From assembly GCA_963804165.1 (NCBI GenBank), contig CAWDPO010000046.1, forward strand, positions 96,001 through 160,000: a DNA stretch of 64,000 nucleotides, given 5' to 3'. This DNA is from an uncultured delta proteobacterium (GTDB taxonomy: Bacteria; Desulfobacterota; Binatia; UBA9968). The position numbers and the translations under genes were made by a program. The notes below the pieces were generated by a model. That model saw nothing but the letters and a program-made list of their open reading frames with translations. It ran no database searches and was not told where the DNA came from. Positions 41,034 through 50,479 of the stretch are shown in pieces; positions within the stretch are counted from its first letter, which is position 1; every line of letters begins with the position of its first letter.

Positions 41034-41876
41034 CTACGAAATTCCCGCCCGTTTGATGAAGTCGCCAAACAGCGCGCCCATTTCTCCGGCTTTCTCGTCC
41101 CATTCCTCGCGCGGGCTCAAGGCTTCATTGTAAAATTTTGGAAACAGCTTGTGCACTTCGGCGTGGGGCATCGCGCGGCTCAGGTTCTCAACCACCTGGG
41201 GGCCGTGGGTCAAGTCGTTTCCCGGCACGACACACGTAGGAACTTTGATGGATTTTAAATCTTCCTCAGTCGCGCCGATCACCGGCAGGTCGGCGCCTTT
41301 GAGAAAATAGTCGCGCCAGTGCGACATGACTTTGATGAACTGTTCGGGGTTCATTTTCATCAGTGCGTCGCGATTTTCCGGCCGCGCTTCGATCCGTTCT
41401 TGCCAATGCTCCATCGCGCAGACAGCCGCCATGCCGCCGCGTTTGGCAGCTTCGATATATTGGCCGTAATACTCTTCGGCGAGGCGCTCGGCGGCGAATC
41501 GACCGCCGGTGACGCGCCACAGAAGGAGAGCGCGGACGGCATCGCGATGGCGCAACGCGACGAGCAGCGCGGTCCGGCAGCCCGAGGAGCTGCCGCCGAC
41601 CACCGCGGGCAGGGCGTTCAATTGCTTGAGCAGCTCGTAAACATCGTCCGCCCAAATTTCGTATTCGGATTCGGCGCCGTCGATGACCACGTCGGAAGCG
41701 CCGCAGTTCCGCCGGTCGAAGATGACGACGCGGTGCCCGGCGGCGGCAACTTTGCCGGCGAGCAGTTCGATGCCGCTGATATCGCGACGGCCGCCCGGTG
41801 ACAGCGCCACCCAAGGACCGTGATCGCCGATAACTTTATAGTTGATATTGACGCCGCGTACCTTTGTTAAGGGCAT
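41034..41876 (-). CDS. Alpha/beta hydrolase
   Basis: FDRRNCGAS, G-S-S-S-G elbow, GND..H; AGGAGG RBS. Confidence 0.85.
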   Translation of the reverse strand: MPLTKVRGVNINYKVIGDHGPWVALSPGGRRDISGIELLAGKVAAAGHRVVIFDRRNCGASDVVIDGAESEYEIWADDVYELLKQLNALPAVVGGSSSGCRTALLVALRHRDAVRALLLWRVTGGRFAAERLAEEYYGQYIEAAKRGGMAAVCAMEHWQERIEARPENRDALMKMNPEQFIKVMSHWRDYFLKGADLPVIGATEEDLKSIKVPTCVVPGNDLTHGPQVVENLSRAMPHAEVHKLFPKFYNEALSPREEWDEKAGEMGALFGDFIKRAGIS

Positions 41877-41949
41877 ACAATCCTCCTGTTTGTTCGCAAT
41901 AAATTTAGTTCTCAATTCACCTGTGACCGGTCTAATTTAAATTCACTTC

Positions 41950-42705
41950 TCAGGATGAAAGCCGTTCGAGCGATTGCCGCACCGTCGGCTGTTTTCCTGC
42001 CTCGACGTCCTCGCGCCGACGCAAATGAAACGTTGTCAGCGTCTCATTGGCGCGCGCGAGCGTGGCAATCTCGGCGCAATAACTCGCGAGCTTGCGCCCC
42101 GGCAACGCCCACAGGGCCACGGCGTCGGTGAGCGCATCGAGGTAGGCGCGGGCGCCGCAGCACCCCAGACTCAGCGCGGCATTGCCATGATTAAACGCCT
42201 GAGGAACGACGGCGCAAGCCGGACGGCCCAGCGCCGGCGGAACGCCCTTGTCCACTCGGGCGATCGCCTCGCTGAGAATCAGACCTTGACGGGCGTGGGC
42301 GAATACGAGCACGACATCAGGGACCAGCTGACAATCGGCGAGGGGACCGTAAACGACGTAATGGACCTCGCGCTCGATGACCGGGATCGCCGCAACTTCA
42401 TCGGCACGCACGTAATCAAGAGCGCTCATGGCCGCCAGCGCTTCCGTTAGCTCCGCCTGGTGTGATGGCGCCGGCTGGGTCAGATGATGGGTATGCGTGC
42501 CGATCGAACAGAGCGCATGATCCTTTGCCGAGGTAACAAACGTGCGTGTTGCCGCCTGCTGCCAGAACACGCATCCCGCAGGCACGATACCGTCGTAGGT
42601 CGGCACGTCGGCAGGTGCGACATCGCTAAACGTCACGGCGATAGGCGGTAGGGCGAGTTCCAAAGACGAAATTAGATTTTTGGCCAGTTCGGTATTTTCA
42701 CTCAT
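41950..42705 (-). CDS. DUF169 family protein
   Basis: PPIAV, GCVFW, C..G, PDVV, PAC, SLGCCGAR. Confidence 0.8.
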   Translation of the reverse strand: MSENTELAKNLISSLELALPPIAVTFSDVAPADVPTYDGIVPAGCVFWQQAATRTFVTSAKDHALCSIGTHTHHLTQPAPSHQAELTEALAAMSALDYVRADEVAAIPVIEREVHYVVYGPLADCQLVPDVVLVFAHARQGLILSEAIARVDKGVPPALGRPACAVVPQAFNHGNAALSLGCCGARAYLDALTDAVALWALPGRKLASYCAEIATLARANETLTTFHLRRREDVEAGKQPTVRQSLERLSS

Positions 42706-42935
42706 CTGTACACCTTCATGTTATCGCAATTTTTGGTGGCCAATCGTGTTGAGGCTTCGGCAAAACGCTTCTACTAACTGAGCGGACTCTATAATCGCTC
42801 ACGCCGCATCGCAAGATGTTTCAGGTTGTGTTTTGAAGCTATTGCGATATTTTAGCTGGCGGGCCGAGGTCTCGCCGAGGGGAAAGAGTCAGATGCGATG
42901 GCGCACGATGATTAAAATGAAAGGTCGGAAGCGCG

Positions 42936-44000
42936 ATGGATTGCTGCGAAAAATTGACGCCTGATTTTACCGGCGAACCCGAAATAGGCAGTGATAATAA
43001 GTTCATCGGCAGACGATTGGCTTTGAAGCGACTGGCGGGGTTGGCCGGCGGCATCATGTTCGTCTCAAAGAAAAATGCCTACGGCCAGGGCCGTCAGGTA
43101 TTGCTCGCGTTCTGCGGCCAACTCCTATGCGTTATCCCCTACGAGGTGACCCGAGCGCGCGGCCACTTCGCGGACGAAGGTCTCGACGTCCGGTTGGTGT
43201 ATACGCGTGGCGGGAACGTCGCGATGCAGGCTCTGGTCGGCGGTTCTGTGGACTACGCGGGCACGTCCTTCGACGTGGCTCTCCAGGCATTCGCCCACGG
43301 AGCGAAGATCGCACGCTTCGCGTCCACCGGAAGATTACCGTTGTTCGCTCTCGCCAGCGCGCCGAAGATGGCGAAAGAGATTCGCGCTCTGAAGGATCTG
43401 GAGAACCGGACCGTCGGGGTCTCCGCGTTGGGCAACGCCGACCACATCCTGGTTCTTTATCTGATGACGCGCGCGGGCGCGGATCCAAAGCGGGTGCGTT
43501 TCGCCACCATCGGCACCAATTTGTTGGACGCGCTGCGCCTCGGCCAGGTCGATGCCGGCATGGTGCAAGAGCCGGCGCTGACGCTGATCACCGGCGCCGG
43601 TGGCGGCGTGATCGCCAATGCGATGGACATCGAACAGGCGAACCGCTACCTCGGCGGGGCTTACGAGTTTATGGGCGTGGCGGTGCGCGTCGAAGAACGC
43701 GAACGCCGCCGCGACGAGATGGCTCGGCTCGCGCGCGCTCTCGCCAAAGGCCTGCGCGATACCCGCACGATTCCCGTCGCAGACGCGGTTGCGGCTTTGC
43801 CTAAGGAATTGATCACCGGCGGCAACCGAGATCGCCTGGCAACGATACTGGAACGTTACCGGCGCTCGCTCTATCCTGACAATGTGAAAATTGACCTCGC
43901 CGCGACGGGTCGTGTCGCAGACGCGCACAAAGCGGCGGGTCTATTGGCGCCATCGATCGACTACAAGCCCCTACTCGATCTTTCAATCGTTGGAAGTTAA
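42936..44000 (+). CDS. ABC substrate-binding protein (SsuA/TauA-like) with a Tat-like signal
   Basis: GRRLAL; HFADEGLDV; ALVGGSVD; first gene of an SBP-ATPase-permease operon. Confidence 0.88.
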   Translation: MDCCEKLTPDFTGEPEIGSDNKFIGRRLALKRLAGLAGGIMFVSKKNAYGQGRQVLLAFCGQLLCVIPYEVTRARGHFADEGLDVRLVYTRGGNVAMQALVGGSVDYAGTSFDVALQAFAHGAKIARFASTGRLPLFALASAPKMAKEIRALKDLENRTVGVSALGNADHILVLYLMTRAGADPKRVRFATIGTNLLDALRLGQVDAGMVQEPALTLITGAGGGVIANAMDIEQANRYLGGAYEFMGVAVRVEERERRRDEMARLARALAKGLRDTRTIPVADAVAALPKELITGGNRDRLATILERYRRSLYPDNVKIDLAATGRVADAHKAAGLLAPSIDYKPLLDLSIVGS

Positions 44001-44759
44001 GTGCTGCGCGTCCACGATCTCGCATTGGGTTATGGCGCAGAACCCGTCATCGAAGGAGTCAATCTCGAAGTTTCTTCAGGTAAATTCGTGAGCCTCGTCG
44101 GGCCCTCGGGTTCCGGCAAAACCAGCATCCTGCGCGCGGTCAGCGGATTACTTTCGCCCCGATCAGGCGGCATCGAATTGAACGGCAGCAGCGATTCACT
44201 CGGGTTCCTGTTTCAGGACGATGCGCTTTTGCCGTGGCGCACCGCCCGCGAAAATGTTGCGCTCGGGCTGCGCATTCGTAAGCTGTCAAACAACGCGGCG
44301 GAGTCCGAGGCCGACGCTTGGCTGGCGCACCTCGGGCTTGAAGGTTTTGGCGCGCGTTTTCCGCATGAACTTTCCGGCGGGCAAAGAAAGCGCGTCGCCA
44401 TCGCGCAAATTCTCGCCTTGAAACCGAAACTATTGCTCATGGATGAGCCCTTCGCGTCGCTCGATGCGATCGTGCGCACGCGCATCACCCAGGAACTGTT
44501 GAATTGGGTGGAGCGGGAGCATCTGAGCGTGCTCCTGGTCACGCACGACCTGGAAGAGGCATTGACCGTTTCCGACACGGTTTATTTACTGTCGCAGGGA
44601 CCGAAAGCGCGCATCCTCGCTTCTTACAACGTGGCGATCCCGCGGCCCCGAGATATTTTTGCCAGCCGCAAACACCCGAATTTTGCGCCGCTGCTCGAAC
44701 GACTGTGGAACGATATGTCGGGCGCGATGAATGGCGCCGAGTTTGAGGCGCAGCGATGA
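44001..44759 (+). CDS. ABC ATPase (SsuB/TauB-like)
   Basis: GPSGSGKT, LLPWRTA, LSGGQ, MDEPF, VTHD. Confidence 0.92.
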   Translation: MLRVHDLALGYGAEPVIEGVNLEVSSGKFVSLVGPSGSGKTSILRAVSGLLSPRSGGIELNGSSDSLGFLFQDDALLPWRTARENVALGLRIRKLSNNAAESEADAWLAHLGLEGFGARFPHELSGGQRKRVAIAQILALKPKLLLMDEPFASLDAIVRTRITQELLNWVEREHLSVLLVTHDLEEALTVSDTVYLLSQGPKARILASYNVAIPRPRDIFASRKHPNFAPLLERLWNDMSGAMNGAEFEAQR

Positions 44760-45538
44760 ACCGCTATTTGAAAAATGTTGCTGTGCGCCGCGTGCTCGCG
44801 ATGGTTTTGCTGGCGTCCGCGTGGGAGGTGTTGTCGCGTATCGGCGTCATCAATCCGTTTTATGCAGCCGCGCCGAGCGAGATTTTGCGGGTTGTCTTTT
44901 CACTGTTCATCGAGGGGACGATCTACAACCATTTGGAAGCCACTTTCGTTGCTGCGCTCGTTGGACTGGCGATCGGGCTCGCGCTCGGGATTTTCCTCGG
45001 CTTTGCCGCCGCGCTGGTCCCGTTGGTCGCCGACGTGCTCGAGCCGATCATGTTGCTGCTGAACGCGATTCCTCGGGTCATTCTCGCGCCGCTATTCGTC
45101 ATCTGGCTCGGCATCGAGATCTCTTCGAAGATCGCGCTTGCGGTCGTGCTGGTGGCCGTGCTGATTTTTTTTGCCGTTTACAACGGCATCAAGGACGTGA
45201 ACCAGGTTTTTGTCGATCGCGTGCGCACGCTCGGTGGCGGGCGATTGGTTCTGTTGCGTGAAGTCTACGTTCCGTCCGTGACGGCGTGGGTGCTCGGCAG
45301 CCTCAAGGTTGCGGTGGGTTTCGCTTTTACCGGCGCCTGCGTCGGCGAGTTCGTCGCGGCGACGCGCGGCTTGGGCTATCTGCTGCAGTTTGCTCAGAGC
45401 ACTTATAATGCGGCGCTCACCATGGGGCTTATCTTTTTGATCATGGCGTTTGTTCTGATTCTTTTTTTCTGCGCGGAAGCGATAGAGCGCCGGCTGCTGC
45501 GTTGGCGTCATCGGGGCGGCGATGCGAAGGCCGCTTAG
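44756..45538 (+). CDS. ABC permease (SsuC/TauC-like)
   Basis: IPRVILAPLFVIWLG, VGEF...GLG. Confidence 0.92.
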   Translation: MNRYLKNVAVRRVLAMVLLASAWEVLSRIGVINPFYAAAPSEILRVVFSLFIEGTIYNHLEATFVAALVGLAIGLALGIFLGFAAALVPLVADVLEPIMLLLNAIPRVILAPLFVIWLGIEISSKIALAVVLVAVLIFFAVYNGIKDVNQVFVDRVRTLGGGRLVLLREVYVPSVTAWVLGSLKVAVGFAFTGACVGEFVAATRGLGYLLQFAQSTYNAALTMGLIFLIMAFVLILFFCAEAIERRLLRWRHRGGDAKAA

Positions 45539-45684
45539 ACGGGTCGCAAGTCAGATGCGCGCGCTTTCGGCGTAGGGCGCTGCGGCGATTGGCAACTTGA
45601 TCGTCCGCGAAAGTGTTTGCAGTTTGACGTGGTGGTTTGCGATCGGCTAGGATCGGCGCGCTGTTTGACGATCGTTTTTCGTCT

Positions 45685-46668
45685 ATGAAATTTCAATCGA
45701 AACTGATCGTTGGCGAACTTGTCTGCTTGGGCATTTTTCTCCTTCCCTTCCGGCCGACCTTCGCACAAGAAAAACTTGAAAGAGTCACGCTGGGAATCCC
45801 GGTGACGGCGCTAAGCCAGTTGCCGTCGTACGTCGGCACGCGCTTCGGGATTTTTCGCGAAGAGGGGCTCGACGTCCAGGTCGTTTTGATGAACGGACGA
45901 TTGGTCGGGCCGGCGTTGCTGCAGGGAGATCTAGATTATTCGACGCTGGCGGATACGATGTTGCGCGCGGCGACGACCGGACTCCCCGTGAAGGTGATCG
46001 CCTTCGGTGGCATTCGTCCTGCGCTGGCCCTGAACGTCCGGCCGGAGATCAAGACGCCGGCTGATTTGAAAGGCAAGAGTATCGCGGTCACTTCCATCGG
46101 CAGCACGACGGATATCGTGGCGCGCGAGATCGTGCGCCATTTCGGGCTGGTTCCCGAGCGCGACATCGTCACGCAGGGCCTCGGCAGCCAGGCAAACAAT
46201 CAGGCGGCGCTGCGCGCCGGCGCAGTGCACGGCGCGATCTTCACCCCGCCTTACGACGTCATCGGCGAGAAGGAAGGCTTTCGCGTCTTGGCGTGGGCCG
46301 GCGACGTGATCAAAGAACAACTGCAGGCGGGTCTGGTGACTTCCGATAACAAGATCAGCCGCAATCCGGCGCAGGTGAAACGAATGGTGCGCGGCTTTGT
46401 GAAGAGTCTTCTCTACTTGCGCAAGGAAAAAACCCGGGTGGTCGAAATGATCGCGAAGCAATGGCAAATCGACTCCGATATCGCCGAGAAAAGTTATCAA
46501 GTGATGATCAAGACGCTCAGCTCGAACGGCTCGGCCAGTGACAGCGCCGTCGAAAACGTGATCCAGCAGACGCTCAAGGTCAACAAATCGCAGAAACAAG
46601 TTCCTCACGCGCAGGTGGTCAACCTGAGCTTTCTCGGCGATGCGCAGAGAGAATTGGGGCTGCACTGA
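45685..46668 (+). CDS. SsuA/NMT1-like substrate-binding protein
   Basis: Signal peptide; GIFREEGLDV; DLKGKSIAVTSIGS. Confidence 0.88.
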   Translation: MKFQSKLIVGELVCLGIFLLPFRPTFAQEKLERVTLGIPVTALSQLPSYVGTRFGIFREEGLDVQVVLMNGRLVGPALLQGDLDYSTLADTMLRAATTGLPVKVIAFGGIRPALALNVRPEIKTPADLKGKSIAVTSIGSTTDIVAREIVRHFGLVPERDIVTQGLGSQANNQAALRAGAVHGAIFTPPYDVIGEKEGFRVLAWAGDVIKEQLQAGLVTSDNKISRNPAQVKRMVRGFVKSLLYLRKEKTRVVEMIAKQWQIDSDIAEKSYQVMIKTLSSNGSASDSAVENVIQQTLKVNKSQKQVPHAQVVNLSFLGDAQRELGLH

Positions 46669-46806
46669 CCGTGTCGCCCGGCGCTTGGATGCGCCGAAGC
46701 AGATGGTAAAACGCAGCGGACAGCGTAAATCGAGCCGGTTTCGCATTAAAGAAATCAGCGGCCGTTGCCGATGACACTATCGTCAGGGTCAGTGGGACCG
46801 GCACGG

Positions 46807-47286
46807 ATGTCTTCGACGCCAAACAAAAGCCCATCGCGAGCGAATCAAAATAAGCCGGTGGCCGGACCGCTCGCAGCTGCGCCGCGCAGTGTCGGCGAGC
46901 TCATGACCACCGGCGTCGTCCAACTGCAGCCGCAGAATCTGTTCCGCGAAGCTGTCGATCTTCTGGCCAGACATCCCTTTCGCCATCTGCTCGTAGCGGA
47001 AGTCGATGGCAAGGTCGTCGGAGTGATTTCCGACCGGGACATCCTCCGTGCAGCGGACAGTTACGATTCGGAGACGACGCTGGCGGCGGATGTCATGACG
47101 CCGGAACCGATCACGGTAAACGTCGATACCCCGATATCGAGCGCAGTCGCTTTGGTGCTCGACAATCGAGTGAATTGTTTGCCGGTGGTCGACGCCGCCG
47201 GACACATCCAGGGGATAATCACGACGACGGATCTGCTGAAAGCCTTTCAAAATCTGCAGCATCAGATCGAAGAAGATCCCGTTTAA
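46807..47286 (+). CDS. CBS-pair protein
   Basis: VGELMT, GVISDRD, DVMTPEPITV, CLPVVD, GIITTTD; start uncertain. Confidence 0.88.
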   Translation: MSSTPNKSPSRANQNKPVAGPLAAAPRSVGELMTTGVVQLQPQNLFREAVDLLARHPFRHLLVAEVDGKVVGVISDRDILRAADSYDSETTLAADVMTPEPITVNVDTPISSAVALVLDNRVNCLPVVDAAGHIQGIITTTDLLKAFQNLQHQIEEDPV

Positions 47287-47378
47287 GCCGCCCATCGAGC
47301 ATCCCCGTGGCTCGCTTGAATCACTAAAGTTTCATTCCCCGCAGTTTGCCGCCTGAAGTGGGTCGACATCCGATGTCC

Positions 47379-47454
47379 GTCATTCCCGCATGCTTTAAGC
47401 GGGAATCCAGGTTAATCCGGGCCTGGACCGCCGATAAAAACATTCGGGGGTGAC
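47379..47454. repeat. CGTC-type REP doublet, copy B
   Basis: Same GTCATTCCCGCATGCTTTAAGCGGGAATCCAGG...ATTCGGGGGTGAC unit as 33652. Confidence 0.9.
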
Positions 47455-47558
47455 GAGAAGCGGGATTGTTTGCAGGATGCGCCTGTGCGGGAGCTGTAAC
47501 CGCGGCTTGACAGTCCAAAGACATTGCCGCTACAAAACGCAGCCGGAAGGGAGCTCCA

Positions 47559-48572
47559 ATGAATTGTCGCACAATCGGGTTCGTGCTGGCGGTTTTCTTC
47601 GTATTCCGCGGTGAGTCTTGGGCGCAAAAAAACCCGCCGACGGTGCGCATCGGCATCGAAGCGCCCGCCGGAACCAACAGCCACTATTTCGTAACCAAGC
47701 AGATGGGGCTGTTTCAAAAACACGGTGTCAATATCGAGTTGATTTCTTTTCCCGGAGGCACGGTCGGGCTGCAGGCGTTGTTCGCCGGCGACATTCAGTT
47801 CACGACTTCGGACGGCGACGCGGGGCTGTCGGGCAAACCTGCGCGGCGTCAATCTCTATTTTATCGCCGGCATGATCAACACGTTTCCTTTCAGTATTCT
47901 TTCGCGCCCGGAGATTCGCACGCCTCAGGAACTTCGCGGCAAAAAGATCGTGATCAGCCGCTATGGCTCTTCGTCGGACACGGCGGTGCGCGCGGCGGTG
48001 GAAAAATACGATCTCAAACCGGACAAGGATGTGATCATCCTCCAAGGCGGCGGCCAGAGCGAACGGTTTGCCGCGCTCAAAGTCGGCGCGGTCGATGCGG
48101 CCATCGTCAGCCCGCCGCTCAACCTAGCCGGGCGTAAAATGGGTTTTAACGAGGTTATCGATCTCTCCGAATCCGGCGTCGCTTACTCGCACCAGCAGAT
48201 CGTTGCGATTAAAGAGTATCTCGATCGCAATCCCGATACAGTTTTGCGCGCACTCTGCGCGCGCTCATCGAAGGCCTGGCGGCGTGGAAAGATCCCGCTA
48301 AGAAATCACTGGTTCTGGCGAACGTCGCAAGATATCTGCGCTTGGATCCAGAGAAGAACAAGGATCAGCTCGAAGAGACCTATCGCTACTACAGCAAGAC
48401 TTTCCCGACGAAACCATATGCAACGGCGGAGGGTCTGGAGTTCACCGCGCAGATCTTGAAGAAGAACCGGCAGGAGGCGAAGGACATCCAAGCCAAAGAC
48501 TGGCTCAACAATCGATTTGTTGCCGAGTTGGAGAAAGAGGGATTTCTCGCCAAGGTGTTCGGCGGCAAGTAG
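47559..48572 (+). CDS. SsuA/NMT1-like substrate-binding protein (two frameshifts)
   Basis: GLFQKHGVN / ELRGKKIVISRYGS / ELEKEGF in three frames. Confidence 0.8.
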
Positions 48573-48654
48573 CATTCGTTCAGGGGCCGAGTCGGCGAAC
48601 CGAGTGTCAGGCCAGCGTGTAGGGCTTTGTTTAATCAAAGAAGCAAAGTGCGCG

Positions 48655-48976
48655 ATGCGGAAAATGAAACTAACAGTAGGTTTCACTTACGTTATAATAT
48701 TAGGCGTGGCCATTAACTTACTGGGAAGGCTCTTCTATTTTTTGTACGCATCCATTTACCTTGGCGGTGGAACAGCCAAAATTGAATTATCTTACTTTTG
48801 GCCTTTTGAGTTCTCTCTTCCTTTATGGTTTGACCCGTCGACTAGAGCCTAAGAGCGCAAAGAGAGTCGCGAGTATCCTTGCAGTTGCGGCACTGCTGAG
48901 AACGGTCTCTTATCTGGTAAACATTTACGTGCTGAACCAATGGACATTGGGACTAATTCTATATCTATGGTCGTAG
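48655..48976 (+). CDS. Possible small AT-rich membrane protein, frameshifted
   Basis: Hydrophobic segments in two overlapping frames (48517 and 48761 ORFs). Confidence 0.3.
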
Positions 48977-49127
48977 GCGCCGAAAAGGTTGTTGTGTATT
49001 TTTGTTTGATTCACTTGAAGCAATTGCGTTCCGATTAGGGTCCGATGAGAGATCTCGCGAGCTCCAATGGGGTCCGGCTTGCTTCGTTTCTTTGCTTATT
49101 GTCGGTGTTTTACGCTAAAGCATCGCC

Positions 49128-49230
49128 ATAGCCCGCCGCCCCGAAGCCATTTTCCCGGCGCGCTTTACCCTGTCATCAGCCGCGGCAATCAAAGGCAGAA
49201 GGTCTATAGAGACGACCAAGACTACCGCAT
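49128..49230 (+). pseudogene. N-terminal remnant of a REP-associated / IS200-like HUH (Y1) transposase
   Basis: ATA-GCC-CGC-CGC-CCG (decayed MARRP), then HFPGALYPVISRGNQRQKVYRDDQDY, matching the RAYT start PG..YHV..RG..R..IF.DD.D. Confidence 0.7.
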
Positions 49231-49283
49231 CCTTGTCTGGTTTGACGACGAGCTGTGGTACGAGTTGTCGGCATGGGCTCCGA

Positions 49284-50252
49284 CTATTGCGATTTCCAGC
49301 CGAGATCTTCGGGCGTGAAGCGGGAATATTTGTCGATTTCTTCTTTAATCAATTTGTTTAGATCTGCGCCGGAAGTGCGTAGATCAACGTTATAGCCGCG
49401 CGATTTCAAGTTTTCCTTGAGCTTTGGTTCTTCCACGGTTTTTCTGATTGCGTCTGCGAGAACCTTTGCGGTTGCATCCGGTAAACCTTTCGGCGCGAGG
49501 AAGGCCACGCTCGCGAGCAGGTTGACCTGCGGGTATCCTTGCTTGGCGAAAGTCGGTACGTCCGGGAGGATTGCGGATTCGACGTCGACCGCGAGGCCGA
49601 TGAGCTTGCCGGCTTTGATGTGCGGCTGCGCGGCGACATCCGATGCCATGGCGAAATTCACATGGCCGCCCAGCAAATTTGTTATCGCTTGCGCCGAGCC
49701 TGCGAAGGGAAGCGCGGTGATATCGATCTTCGCTGCCCGTTTCAACAACTCGACTTCCAAGGTGAGGCTCGTGCCCACCGGTCCCACGGCGACGATTAGA
49801 TCGCCGGGCTTTTTCTGCGCTTGAGAAACGACGTCTTTCAAGTTTTTGAATTCGGCGTCGGCGCGACCGAGCATGATCACCGCCGCGTAGCCGTGCATAA
49901 TCGCGATCGGCTGAAAATCGCGGACCAAATTAGCTGGAGCCTTCGGATTGGCAACGGTCATTGTTGCGACTTGACCGAGCAGAGAGCCGAGCAGCGTGTG
50001 ACCGTCCTTCTGCGCCCTGGCGACCTTTTCGGCGGCGATCGCGCCCGCGCCGGCGGGTTGATTGACCACCGTCACCTGAACCTTTAAAGACTTCGCCAAC
50101 TCCTCGGCGATGAGGCGAAATATCAGATCGATGCCGCCGCCCGGACTCGACGAGACGACGAGCTCGATCGGTTTGCTTGGAAAATTTTGGCCGTAGAGAG
50201 CCGGGCTCAATCCGAACACGGCCAAAGTGACGATCGTTACTCTTAGTTTCAT
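49284..50252 (-). CDS. tctC: Tripartite tricarboxylate transporter binding protein
   Basis: FPSKPIELVV..SPGGGID, LLGGHV, PDVPT. Confidence 0.88.
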   Translation of the reverse strand: MKLRVTIVTLAVFGLSPALYGQNFPSKPIELVVSSSPGGGIDLIFRLIAEELAKSLKVQVTVVNQPAGAGAIAAEKVARAQKDGHTLLGSLLGQVATMTVANPKAPANLVRDFQPIAIMHGYAAVIMLGRADAEFKNLKDVVSQAQKKPGDLIVAVGPVGTSLTLEVELLKRAAKIDITALPFAGSAQAITNLLGGHVNFAMASDVAAQPHIKAGKLIGLAVDVESAILPDVPTFAKQGYPQVNLLASVAFLAPKGLPDATAKVLADAIRKTVEEPKLKENLKSRGYNVDLRTSGADLNKLIKEEIDKYSRFTPEDLGWKSQ

Positions 50253-50335
50253 GGCGCCTCCGTGCTGTCTTGTTCAATGTGTGTGCTTCGATTTCCGCAG
50301 GTTGATGCGTTAAATAAATCGCTTACCCGAAGTCC

Positions 50336-50412
50336 GTAATTCCCGCATGCTTTAAGCGGGAATCCAGGCGAGCTCGAAACCTGGACCCCCGATTAATACA
50401 TTCGGGGGTGAC
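50336..50412. repeat. CGTC-type REP doublet, copy C
   Basis: GTAATTCCCGCATGCTTTAAGCGGGAATCCAGG...GGACCCCCGATTAATACATTCGGGGGTGAC. Confidence 0.9.
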
Positions 50413-50479
50413 GCATTGGGAGAGCACTTCCATCGCGTGTTCGCGTCAGCTTACTGGGTAGTTCATAAGAACGCTTTCG

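Noticed and set aside
40690-41034. Long intergenic gaps as possible riboswitch or ncRNA (also 198-474, 36585-36841)
   Set aside because: No conserved motif recognisable by eye; an Rfam/Infernal scan would be needed
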